NCBI GenBank assembly: GCA_050258715.1
Contig: JBLMZH010000016.1
Span: 1-52,504 of the forward strand
Length of the DNA stretch: 52,504 nt
Source: Acidobacteriaceae bacterium
GTDB taxonomy: Bacteria > Patescibacteriota > Doudnabacteria > UBA920 > O2-02-FULL-48-8
Direction of reading: 5' to 3'
Every line of letters begins with the position of its first letter. Within the stretch, counting starts at the first letter, position 1. Under the pieces are notes generated by a model, which saw only the letters and a list, made by a program, of their open reading frames with translations, searched no databases and was not told the DNA's origin. The position numbers and the translations under genes were made by a program. Positions 8,199-16,075 of the stretch are shown here, in pieces.

Positions 8199-8242
8199 AA
8201 TCTTAAAATGCGGACAATTTCGGTATTTGCTATACTTAACTC

Positions 8243-8986
8243 ATGCAAGTCATCCTATTTTCGCTGATTAGCGTGATTGCTGTCAGCGCCATCTCCTTAA
8301 TCGGCCTCGCCACCCTCAATTCCGCCGCGTTCTTCCGCCGCAAGGTTCTTTATTTTTTGGTGAGCTTTGCCGCCGGAGCCATGCTCGGCGACGCGTTTAT
8401 TCACCTGCTTCCGGAGCTCGCCGGCAAAGGACAGCTGAACCTTCGCAGTTCTCTGGTCATTTTGGGAGCGGTCCTTATCTTTTTTATCCTTGAAAAGTTC
8501 TTATACTGGCACCACCATCACGGCGAAGGCAATCAGGAGGACCACTCGACCCATCCCTTCGTTTACACCAACTTGGTTGGAGACGGCGTTCATAACTTCA
8601 TCGACGGCCTGATCATTGCCGGCACCTATGCCATTGATATCAACCTCGGGATCGCGACGACCATTGCCGTCATCCTTCATGAGATTCCGCAGGAGATCGG
8701 CGATTTCGCGGTTTTGGTTTACGGCGGATTCACTCCCAAAAAAGCCATCCTTTATAATTTCTATACCGCCCTCACCGCGATAGCCGGAACGATCGTGGCC
8801 TTAACTTTTAAGGAAAACGAAAATTCTCTTACCATCCTGGCTTGTTTGGCCATCGGCTCTTTCTTCTACGTATCAATGGTTGACCTCATCCCCCACATCC
8901 AAAAACAAAAGGAGCACAGCTTAAGCCCCTTGGTTGCCTTTGTCCTCGGCATCGGCGTCATGCTTTTGCTGCTTCTCGTAAAATGA
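8243..8986 (+). CDS. zupT: ZIP-family divalent metal transporter (ZupT-like)
   Basis: His-rich loop HHHHGEGNQEDH plus the conserved HNFIDGL and HEIPQEIGDF motifs. Multi-TM. Confidence 0.85.
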   Translation: MQVILFSLISVIAVSAISLIGLATLNSAAFFRRKVLYFLVSFAAGAMLGDAFIHLLPELAGKGQLNLRSSLVILGAVLIFFILEKFLYWHHHHGEGNQEDHSTHPFVYTNLVGDGVHNFIDGLIIAGTYAIDINLGIATTIAVILHEIPQEIGDFAVLVYGGFTPKKAILYNFYTALTAIAGTIVALTFKENENSLTILACLAIGSFFYVSMVDLIPHIQKQKEHSLSPLVAFVLGIGVMLLLLLVK

Positions 8987-8997
8987 CTTTTTCAGAA

Positions 8998-9025
8998 AAC
9001 GGGCCGTCGAGGCCCGTTTTTTTTA
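8998..9025. terminator. Bidirectional intrinsic terminator (zupT / rsmA convergent)
   Basis: AACGGGCC-gtcga-GGCCCGTT followed by TTTTTT. Confidence 0.7.
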
Positions 9026-9844
9026 TTTGCTTATAAACTGTTCGGAAAGACGGACCCAGTCGCTTAAAGTCAGTTGCTGCGGCCGCAATACAGGATCTAT
9101 GCCTGAAGCGCTCAATTTTTTCAGCACCTCATCTTCGGGAACATGAAGGTTGTTGCTTAGACTGTTGTGAAGCTGCTTTCTTTTTCCTGCAAACGCAGCC
9201 TTAAGCACCCAAAAGAACATCTTTTCGTCAACCGAAGGAAACTTCGGTTTGGGGACGATCTTTAAAATCGCCGAGTCGACTTTTGGCATAGGCCAAAAGC
9301 TGCCCGGCTTAACTAGGCCTATTATCTCGGGGTCTGCGAAAAATTGGACGGAAAGCCCCAAAACCGAAAGATCGCCGGGTTTTGCCGCTGCGCGCTCCGC
9401 CACTTCCTTTTGCACCAAAACCACGATCGATTCCGGTTTTTTCCTAAGGGTCAAAAGCAGCGAGATAAATTTGGACGTCAAATAGTAAGGAATGTTTGCC
9501 ACGACCTTAAACGATTTGCCAAAACTTTCGCCAATGTTGAACCTCAGGATGTCGGCGTTAACAAGATCCAGGTTTTTTTGATGCTTGAACTGGCGCTTGA
9601 TCAGCCCGAAGAACCGCCGGTCTTTTTCAACCGCCACTACCTTCGAACATTTTTTTACAAGTTCAGATGTCAAAACTCCCAGGCCCGGCCCGACTTCCAA
9701 CACTTCGTCTGATGGTTTCAGATCAGCGGCCGAAACGATTCTGTCTAAAACGTCCTGATCGACCAAAAAATTCTGACCCATATAATCTTTGGGCCGGAAC
9801 TTGCTGGCTTTTAAAATCTGTTTAATTTCTTCGGGCGAATGCAT
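9023..9844 (-). CDS. rsmA: 16S rRNA (adenine1518/1519-N6)-dimethyltransferase
   Basis: GQNFLVD, SAM motif LEVGPGLGVLT, NIPYY. Confidence 0.9.
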   Translation of the reverse strand: MHSPEEIKQILKASKFRPKDYMGQNFLVDQDVLDRIVSAADLKPSDEVLEVGPGLGVLTSELVKKCSKVVAVEKDRRFFGLIKRQFKHQKNLDLVNADILRFNIGESFGKSFKVVANIPYYLTSKFISLLLTLRKKPESIVVLVQKEVAERAAAKPGDLSVLGLSVQFFADPEIIGLVKPGSFWPMPKVDSAILKIVPKPKFPSVDEKMFFWVLKAAFAGKRKQLHNSLSNNLHVPEDEVLKKLSASGIDPVLRPQQLTLSDWVRLSEQFISK

Positions 9845-9865
9845 GGAATAAAAATTGGCTTTATT

Positions 9866-11863
9866 TTAATAGCTGTACTCAACTATGTCCAAAAGCTCTT
9901 CCGGGATTGCTTTCAAAATTCTTGACGGCACGCTGGCATTCCTCATGCCAAACTGTTTCCGGGACATGGCATGTATAAGGTAGAGGCGTTTGCGCGCCCG
10001 GGTAATTCCGACATACGCCAGTCTGACCTCTTCCGAAATGTCGCTTGATTCGAAAATCGATCTGGCGTGCGGCAGCAGCCCTTCCTCAAGCCCGACCAAA
10101 AATACGGTTTCGAATTCGAGTCCCTTGGCCTGATGCAGCGTCATGAGCGTGACCTTGTCCGGATCGTCTTTCATTTCGTCCACGTTCGTCATCAGCGCCA
10201 CTTCCTCCAAAAATTTCGTCAGCCCTTCCTTCCACGGAAATTTATTGAACACGGCCCCGACGTTAAACAATTCCTGAACGTTCTCCCACCGACTCTCGCC
10301 TTGTTCGGTTCCGTCGCGCAAGTACCGCTCGTACCCGGTCATCTGGATCGCCTTCCGCATGACTTCGGTAAGCTGAGCGTCTTCTTCCAGCTTCTTTAAA
10401 GTATCCATGGTCTCAAAAAAATCCCTGACCTGGGGCTTGGCGGCAACCAACTTTGCCAGAGCCTGCTCATCCTTATCCAGCAGGCAATCCTTAAGCAAAT
10501 TAAAAGTCTTGGGCCCGATCCCCCGGGGCGGAACATTGATCACCCGCTTCAACCCCACAATATCGGCAGGGTTAACGAGGAGACGCAAAAGCGAGAGAAT
10601 GTCCTTTATTTCGCGGCGTTCGTAGAATTTCAAGCCCCCCACGATCTGGTAAGGAATGCTCGATTCGATCATGACTTCTTCCAAGGCGCGGGACTGGGCG
10701 TGGGTGCGGTAAAGGATGGCAAAATTGCTCAACCCTTTGCGGTTTCGAAGCTTATACGACGGACGAAACGCGGATTGGCGCATGATCCGGCTTAAAATGC
10801 CTTCGTCTTCGCTGACGTATTTCAGCTGGCTGTCATCGCCGCCGTCCTGGTGTTCGATGATTTTTTTGGCCACGAACCAGGCTTCGGCCATTTCGTCCGC
10901 GGCCCGGTAAAGCTGCGGCCGGCTGCCTTCGGTGTTTTCGGTCCATAAACTTTTTTTGTGCTGCTTGGGAGAAAGCGCGATCACCTTCTCGGCGATGGAC
11001 AGAATCGGGGCGGTCGAGCGGTAGTTTTGTTCGAGGCGGATGATCTTGGCTTTGGGATAATCCTTTTCAAAATCTAAAATGTTCTGAAGGTTCGCGCCGC
11101 GAAAACCGTAAATGGCCTGGGCGTCGTCGCCGACCACAAAGAGATTCTGGTGCTTCTTGGCCAAAAGATTCGTGAACTCGTATTGCGCGTGATTCGTATC
11201 CTGGTATTCGTCGATCAGAACGTACTTCCATTTGTCCTGATATTTTTCCAGGACCTCGGGAAATTTCTTAAACAGCATCACCGGCATCATGACGAGGTCT
11301 CCGAAGTCCGCCGCGTTGTTTGACAACAGCAATTCCTGATAGCGCTTGTAGACGCTTCGCGCCATCCGCCCGAAATTTTTATTCTCCTCGTCAATATCTT
11401 CCGGCCCTTCCAAAGCGTTCTTTGCCCGGTCAATGATATGCGCAAACAGCGAAGGCTTGTACCTGGTCGGATCGATCTTCTGCTCGGCCAAAACCTGTTT
11501 AAGCAAACTCTCCTGGTCGTCGCTGTCGTAAATGACAAAGTCAGGCATAAGCCCGAGCTTCCTTCCGTCCGCGCGCAGGATTCTGACTCCTATTGAATGG
11601 AACGTGCCCATCACCGGCAATTCTGCCCGGCGTTTTTCCAAAAGCCTGATGATCCTTTCCTTCATTTCTCCTGCGGCTTTGTTGGTGAAGGTCACGGCCA
11701 AAATATTTTCCGGCGCTATCTTTAGTTTATGAATAAGATAGACGATCCGCATGGTCAGCGCCTTTGTCTTGCCGCTTCCCGCTCCCGCTAAAATCAAAAC
11801 CGGCCCCAATGGCGCCGTTACCGCTTCCAACTGCTGTTTATTCAAACCCTTTTCAGTTTTCAT
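9866..11863 (-). CDS. UvrD/PcrA-family ATP-dependent DNA helicase
   Basis: Walker A AGAGSGKT, FTNKAAGEM, DEYQDTN and later helicase motifs (VGDDAQAIYGFRGA, TLHQAKGLEF, YVGITRA). Confidence 0.9.
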   Translation of the reverse strand: MKTEKGLNKQQLEAVTAPLGPVLILAGAGSGKTKALTMRIVYLIHKLKIAPENILAVTFTNKAAGEMKERIIRLLEKRRAELPVMGTFHSIGVRILRADGRKLGLMPDFVIYDSDDQESLLKQVLAEQKIDPTRYKPSLFAHIIDRAKNALEGPEDIDEENKNFGRMARSVYKRYQELLLSNNAADFGDLVMMPVMLFKKFPEVLEKYQDKWKYVLIDEYQDTNHAQYEFTNLLAKKHQNLFVVGDDAQAIYGFRGANLQNILDFEKDYPKAKIIRLEQNYRSTAPILSIAEKVIALSPKQHKKSLWTENTEGSRPQLYRAADEMAEAWFVAKKIIEHQDGGDDSQLKYVSEDEGILSRIMRQSAFRPSYKLRNRKGLSNFAILYRTHAQSRALEEVMIESSIPYQIVGGLKFYERREIKDILSLLRLLVNPADIVGLKRVINVPPRGIGPKTFNLLKDCLLDKDEQALAKLVAAKPQVRDFFETMDTLKKLEEDAQLTEVMRKAIQMTGYERYLRDGTEQGESRWENVQELFNVGAVFNKFPWKEGLTKFLEEVALMTNVDEMKDDPDKVTLMTLHQAKGLEFETVFLVGLEEGLLPHARSIFESSDISEEVRLAYVGITRARKRLYLIHAMSRKQFGMRNASVPSRILKAIPEELLDIVEYSY

Positions 11864-11988
11864 AAACTCATTATACTAGATTGTCATCGTTTGTCGCGCT
11901 TTTGATCAATTTGTGGATATTAAGGTTAAAATTAATTGCTTAACAAGCCTGTTTTCCGGATTAATGCACAATCGGACCTCTAAATCTG

Positions 11989-12017
11989 TTGACGAAAAAG
12001 GTCTATTTTGATAAAAT
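11989..12017 (+). promoter_or_regulatory. Candidate sigma70-type promoter with a long leader before the LysM-M23 gene
   Basis: TTGACG, 17 nt, TAAAAT. Confidence 0.5.
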
Positions 12018-12309
12018 CGTAAGCACGAAAAGATAAGGTCTCTATTTTTATTCATTAACCCCGAAAAGTCCGATCGCGCACTGATTTTGGAGGATATTCG
12101 CGCTGAAAGGAACCAACGGGTATGAATAAGGAGCAGTTATACAAGCCATCAAATCGGTCTTAGGGCAAACGCTGGAAACGGTCGTAAAAGTCGAAAAACA
12201 GCCCTTAAAGAAAAAATTTACTCCCAATTTTTCCAAAGTTTCCCAGAATTGGAAAGCGAAAAGCAAGCTCAGCATTCACCCATTCAAGGCGCTCCATACG
12301 CGCACGCTT

Positions 12310-13458
12310 TTGCCGCTTTCGATTAGGGATTACGTCGGCCGCTTCAGCCTTGAGCTGATGTTGGCTTCTACCGCTATCTTCGCGGTCTTCATAAACTTCA
12401 ACCTCATAAATCACGCCGGATTGCCAGATAACAAAGACCAGAGCGTGATTTTTTCTTTTCTGAAACAGAACCCGGCGATTAATCAAACTTTGCTTTCGCG
12501 CTCGAACACCTCGACTCTTCTGGCCCGCACTGACCACTGGTTTTCCGGAGCGCTTTCTTCCTCGCCGTTCTCAGGTATTGTCCTCGCCTCTTCAGTCACC
12601 AAACCGCAAACAACCAACCCGACCACGATTCAGGACGACGTCATCGTCAAAACCAGCCCGGCGGATACGAACAACTACCTGCGGCATGGCCGCACCGAAT
12701 ACCAGGTTGTGCCGGGCGACTCCATTGTCAGCATCGCTTCGAACTTCGGCGTTTCTCCGCAGACGATCATGATCGAGAACAATTTGGGCGCAACCGCCAC
12801 GATCAGGCCGGGAGACAAATTGACCATTCTTGCAACCACTGGCGTTTCCCATACGGTCAAGGCCGGAGAAACAATCGAGAGCATCGCCGCAAAGTATAAG
12901 GTCAACGAAGAAGACCTGATGGATGTCAACGACATTGAGTTGCCGGACGATATTCTTGTCGGAGACGTACTTGTGGTTCCGATGGCCAAAGTTGACATGC
13001 CGACCAAGCCGACCAGCATTGTAAAAGATTCTTCCAACAAGATTGCTCTAAGAGTGGCGTCCGCTCCCGCTGATTTCGTGGCAGCGGCCTTAGGATTCAT
13101 CTGGCCGACCACCACCCGCAACATCACCCAAGGTTATTCCAGCCGCCACACCGGCATCGATATTTCAAACAGCCAAATGGTTCCCATTTACGCTTCAGCT
13201 GACGGGTTCGTGGAAATTTCCGGGTATCAAACCGGCTACGGCAACACCATCGTCATAAACCATGGGAACGGCTATAAAACCCGCTACGGGCACGCCTCAG
13301 AGCTCTATGTCAGTGCTGGCGATAAGGTCGTAAAGGGCCAGATTATCGCAAAACAGGGCCGCAGCGGCCGTGTCAGAGGAGTTACCGGCATCCACCTCCA
13401 CTTCGAGATCTTAAAGAACGGCGGCAGGGTAAATCCCCTAAGTTACGTGAAGCCCTAA
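12310..13458 (+). CDS. Cell-wall hydrolase: N-terminal TM, two LysM domains, C-terminal M23 metallopeptidase
   Basis: LysM-like YQVVPGDSIVSIASNFGV and HTVKAGETIESIAAKYKV. M23 motifs HTGIDIS, GYGNTIVINHGNGYKTRYGH and GIHLHFEI. The longest start is TTG, and an in-frame ATG lies 16 codons downstream. Confidence 0.85.
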   Translation: MPLSIRDYVGRFSLELMLASTAIFAVFINFNLINHAGLPDNKDQSVIFSFLKQNPAINQTLLSRSNTSTLLARTDHWFSGALSSSPFSGIVLASSVTKPQTTNPTTIQDDVIVKTSPADTNNYLRHGRTEYQVVPGDSIVSIASNFGVSPQTIMIENNLGATATIRPGDKLTILATTGVSHTVKAGETIESIAAKYKVNEEDLMDVNDIELPDDILVGDVLVVPMAKVDMPTKPTSIVKDSSNKIALRVASAPADFVAAALGFIWPTTTRNITQGYSSRHTGIDISNSQMVPIYASADGFVEISGYQTGYGNTIVINHGNGYKTRYGHASELYVSAGDKVVKGQIIAKQGRSGRVRGVTGIHLHFEILKNGGRVNPLSYVKP

Positions 13459-13475
13459 ATCTTTCCCGCAATAAG

Positions 13476-13500
13476 CCCCGGACTTTCCCGGGGTTTTTAT
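13476..13500 (+). terminator. Intrinsic terminator
   Basis: CCCCGG-actttc-CCGGGG followed by TTTTTATTT. Confidence 0.7.
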
Positions 13501-13587
13501 TTGATTATTTATTTAGATATTTTTATGCCTAATTTTTTGTCGTGATAAATTCAAATGATTTTCTGCACTCGCAAACTTTATTAAATA

Positions 13588-13615
13588 AAAGCCCCGGCAT
13601 TTCAGCCGGGGCTTT
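13588..13615. terminator. Intrinsic terminator (serves the minus-strand operon end; bidirectional shape)
   Basis: AAAGCCCCGGC-atttca-GCCGGGGCTTT with T-rich flanks on both strands. Confidence 0.7.
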
Positions 13616-13631
13616 ATTTTTTTATTAATCT

Positions 13632-15416
13632 TTATTCGGCCACCGTGCCCTGTTGGTTTCCTACATCCTTGGTGGATACCTGCAGAATGTTGGTTTGAAG
13701 TTCGTGGCCAACATAAGTATCATTGCCGGAGCCCTGCACGTCCTTTAAGAGAGCGATTGGATTATGAACATCCGATTCGTTTGGCACGACCGCAAGCTGG
13801 AACGTCACGATCTTGGCCGGAGTATTGAAGCGGCCCGCAAACGGCGCGATCTTGCCCGCTTCCCATCTGAACTTGTTTGAGCCCGGATCAAATTCGATCT
13901 GCGGCTTTTCCGACTCAGGCTGGATTACGTCCGTCCAGGCGGAGTCGGAGAGCGGGACCGACCCCACGACGAGCACATCTTCCACTTCGTTGCTCATATT
14001 GTTGACCATGAGCGAAACCGAAAAAATCGTGGATTGCCCCGGCCTCATCGGCCAAGACCCGCTGACATATTTGACGCTCGACGTGATACCCAACTTGCTT
14101 TCGATCTTGATCTCGGAAGGCTGGGCGTGCACCGGGCTCAATATCTCTTTGCACGAAACCGTGGCTTCGCTTTTAACCGAAAGGTTGGCAAGGTTCGAGG
14201 TCAAAGTGCCTTTGATCGGGACGGTAAACGAAATGCTTCCGCTTTCATTGGGCTGCAAAAGCGCCAGGTCATTGACGGTTGCGGATTTCCAGGTGAACTT
14301 GTTGCCGGAAACAATCGCGTCTTCGATCTTCAATTTGGCAAAATCAATTGCCGGGCCGGTCAGAACCACGCTCACAATAACATTGCTTAGGGGTACCGAG
14401 CCGTTGTTCGTATAATTCAATTTATAACTGATGTTCCCGCCAAGCCCGGAGAAATCCTTCGGCGTGGTTTGCTGGACCAGGCTTAAGGGCGAAGGAACGA
14501 TCTTAAACGCGACAGTCTTGCTGATTTGAGTGGCGAAATTATTGTTGATCATCATCCCCAATTCAGCCACTACCGGCCGCTCCTGCTGAGGATCGCCGGT
14601 AAAGGTTCCGCTGATGTCTATCTTCCCCGATGTACCGTTCTTTAAGTCCCCCAAAAGCCAGGTGTCGTTGTTTCTGGAAGCCGGCGGAGTGGAAGTAATA
14701 AAGGAAAAACCTTGTGGATAAGTCAGCTTTACCGCCAAATCGTTCAGGTCTTGTCCGGAAATATTCGAATAATTCACGGAAAAACCCGAATCCTGGCCGT
14801 CAGTCACCTCAACTGCTCCTGAGATCTCAAAATTAAGGCGAGCGGCGATCAATTCCGTGGTGAAGCTGACATCAGCCGAGAAATCGGAATTGAAATTGGC
14901 CAAACGATAACGCAAACTGGCTTTAATCTCTTTGCGGTCTCCGACCTTGCCGATCAGTTCGCCTGTGACCTTCACTTGTCCTTGTTCGCCTTTCTTTAAA
15001 ATCGGAATTGAAAACGATTGGCCGTTGGCGTTTTGGGCCTGCGGCTCGGACGACCTATAGCGGAAGTTAGACGGATAATATAAAAGCAGCGTGGCATCCT
15101 TGATGTCCGATTTTTCATTGTTGGCGTAAGTGACTGTGTACTGGATCTCGTTGCCGGAAGGAAGCTTGTCCGGCGCCTGGATTACCACCTCGACTTTGTT
15201 GGAAAGAGGATCGCGGCCGACGCGCTGCTTCAAAACGTACCAAAGTCCCGTGCTTAAAACGGCAAGCAAGAGTCCGATGAGAATGATCAGCGTGACTTTT
15301 TTCCCCATAAAGCTTGGACGCTTGGGGCGCTTGCGCGGCGTTAATTCCGACAGCGACCTGACTTCACCCTGGTCGTTGTTGTTTTCGTCAAAGATCGGCT
15401 CGGTCTCAATTTGCAT
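13632..15416 (-). CDS. Membrane-anchored surface protein with about 4 DUF11/CARDB-like beta-sandwich repeats
   Basis: N-terminal TM (VTLIILIGLLLAVLSTGLWYVL). Repeated pattern such as 'I.Y.V.Y.N......D..L.L.YP.GF.F....P'. The family assignment comes from pattern only. Confidence 0.6.
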   Translation of the reverse strand: MQIETEPIFDENNNDQGEVRSLSELTPRKRPKRPSFMGKKVTLIILIGLLLAVLSTGLWYVLKQRVGRDPLSNKVEVVIQAPDKLPSGNEIQYTVTYANNEKSDIKDATLLLYYPSNFRYRSSEPQAQNANGQSFSIPILKKGEQGQVKVTGELIGKVGDRKEIKASLRYRLANFNSDFSADVSFTTELIAARLNFEISGAVEVTDGQDSGFSVNYSNISGQDLNDLAVKLTYPQGFSFITSTPPASRNNDTWLLGDLKNGTSGKIDISGTFTGDPQQERPVVAELGMMINNNFATQISKTVAFKIVPSPLSLVQQTTPKDFSGLGGNISYKLNYTNNGSVPLSNVIVSVVLTGPAIDFAKLKIEDAIVSGNKFTWKSATVNDLALLQPNESGSISFTVPIKGTLTSNLANLSVKSEATVSCKEILSPVHAQPSEIKIESKLGITSSVKYVSGSWPMRPGQSTIFSVSLMVNNMSNEVEDVLVVGSVPLSDSAWTDVIQPESEKPQIEFDPGSNKFRWEAGKIAPFAGRFNTPAKIVTFQLAVVPNESDVHNPIALLKDVQGSGNDTYVGHELQTNILQVSTKDVGNQQGTVAE

Positions 15417-16075
15417 TATTTAATTGAAGTTAAGAATTTTTGGGAATTTAGGTGGCGTTCAATGATGTATTCCACGAACTCATTAACGGCCTTGTGGAGC
15501 TTCCTTATGTCGGACTTGCCACTGATGAGATCCTGGTCGTCGAGGAAGTCGTCTTTTTCGATCTGCGTCAGCAGATCTTTTAAGTTTTGAGGCAGCTGCC
15601 AGTCGCTCCTGACATGCCTGATCGAGAAACCCAGGGAGCTTAAGAGCTTCAAGGAATAGCTGTCGATCGTGGCGAACAATTGGTTTTCGGAAAGGTCGCG
15701 GGATTCTAAAGCGGTCAAAAATTGGATGAGATGGTCGAAGGCCACGACATTAGCCTGCTCGTCCGCGGTCAGCTTGACCATAAGTTCCGCCGCGTAGAAT
15801 GCCGCGGCCGTCTTGGACAGATCATGTTTGATCTTAAGGAAAGGCTTGACGGTCTTGGAGGAAATAAGAGTCGGCAGCATATCCCTCCCGGTGGCCTCAA
15901 AGGATATCAAGGTCAAATCCTGAAAAGAACCTGAAAGCTTGCTTTTGGCAAGCCTGATCCCTCTGGCCAAAATCCTGACCTTGCCCGCCTCCCTCGAAAA
16001 AATGGTCGCGATCTGATCAGCTTCCCTGTAATTTTGTTTCCGAAGGATAATACCAGTCAGCTTCCTGTATCTCAT
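15416..16075 (-). CDS. recO: DNA repair protein RecO
   Basis: N-terminal OB-fold pattern GIILRKQNYREADQIATIFSREAGKVRILARGIR. Overlaps ileS by 4 nt. Confidence 0.85.
   Translation of the reverse strand: MRYRKLTGIILRKQNYREADQIATIFSREAGKVRILARGIRLAKSKLSGSFQDLTLISFEATGRDMLPTLISSKTVKPFLKIKHDLSKTAAAFYAAELMVKLTADEQANVVAFDHLIQFLTALESRDLSENQLFATIDSYSLKLLSSLGFSIRHVRSDWQLPQNLKDLLTQIEKDDFLDDQDLISGKSDIRKLHKAVNEFVEYIIERHLNSQKFLTSIK

Noticed and set aside
12048-12537. Minus-strand ORFs 12048-12275 and 12205-12537
   Set aside because: They lie in the leader and 5' end of the LysM-M23 gene, and they have no motifs and no SD. The region is more plausibly a 5' UTR.
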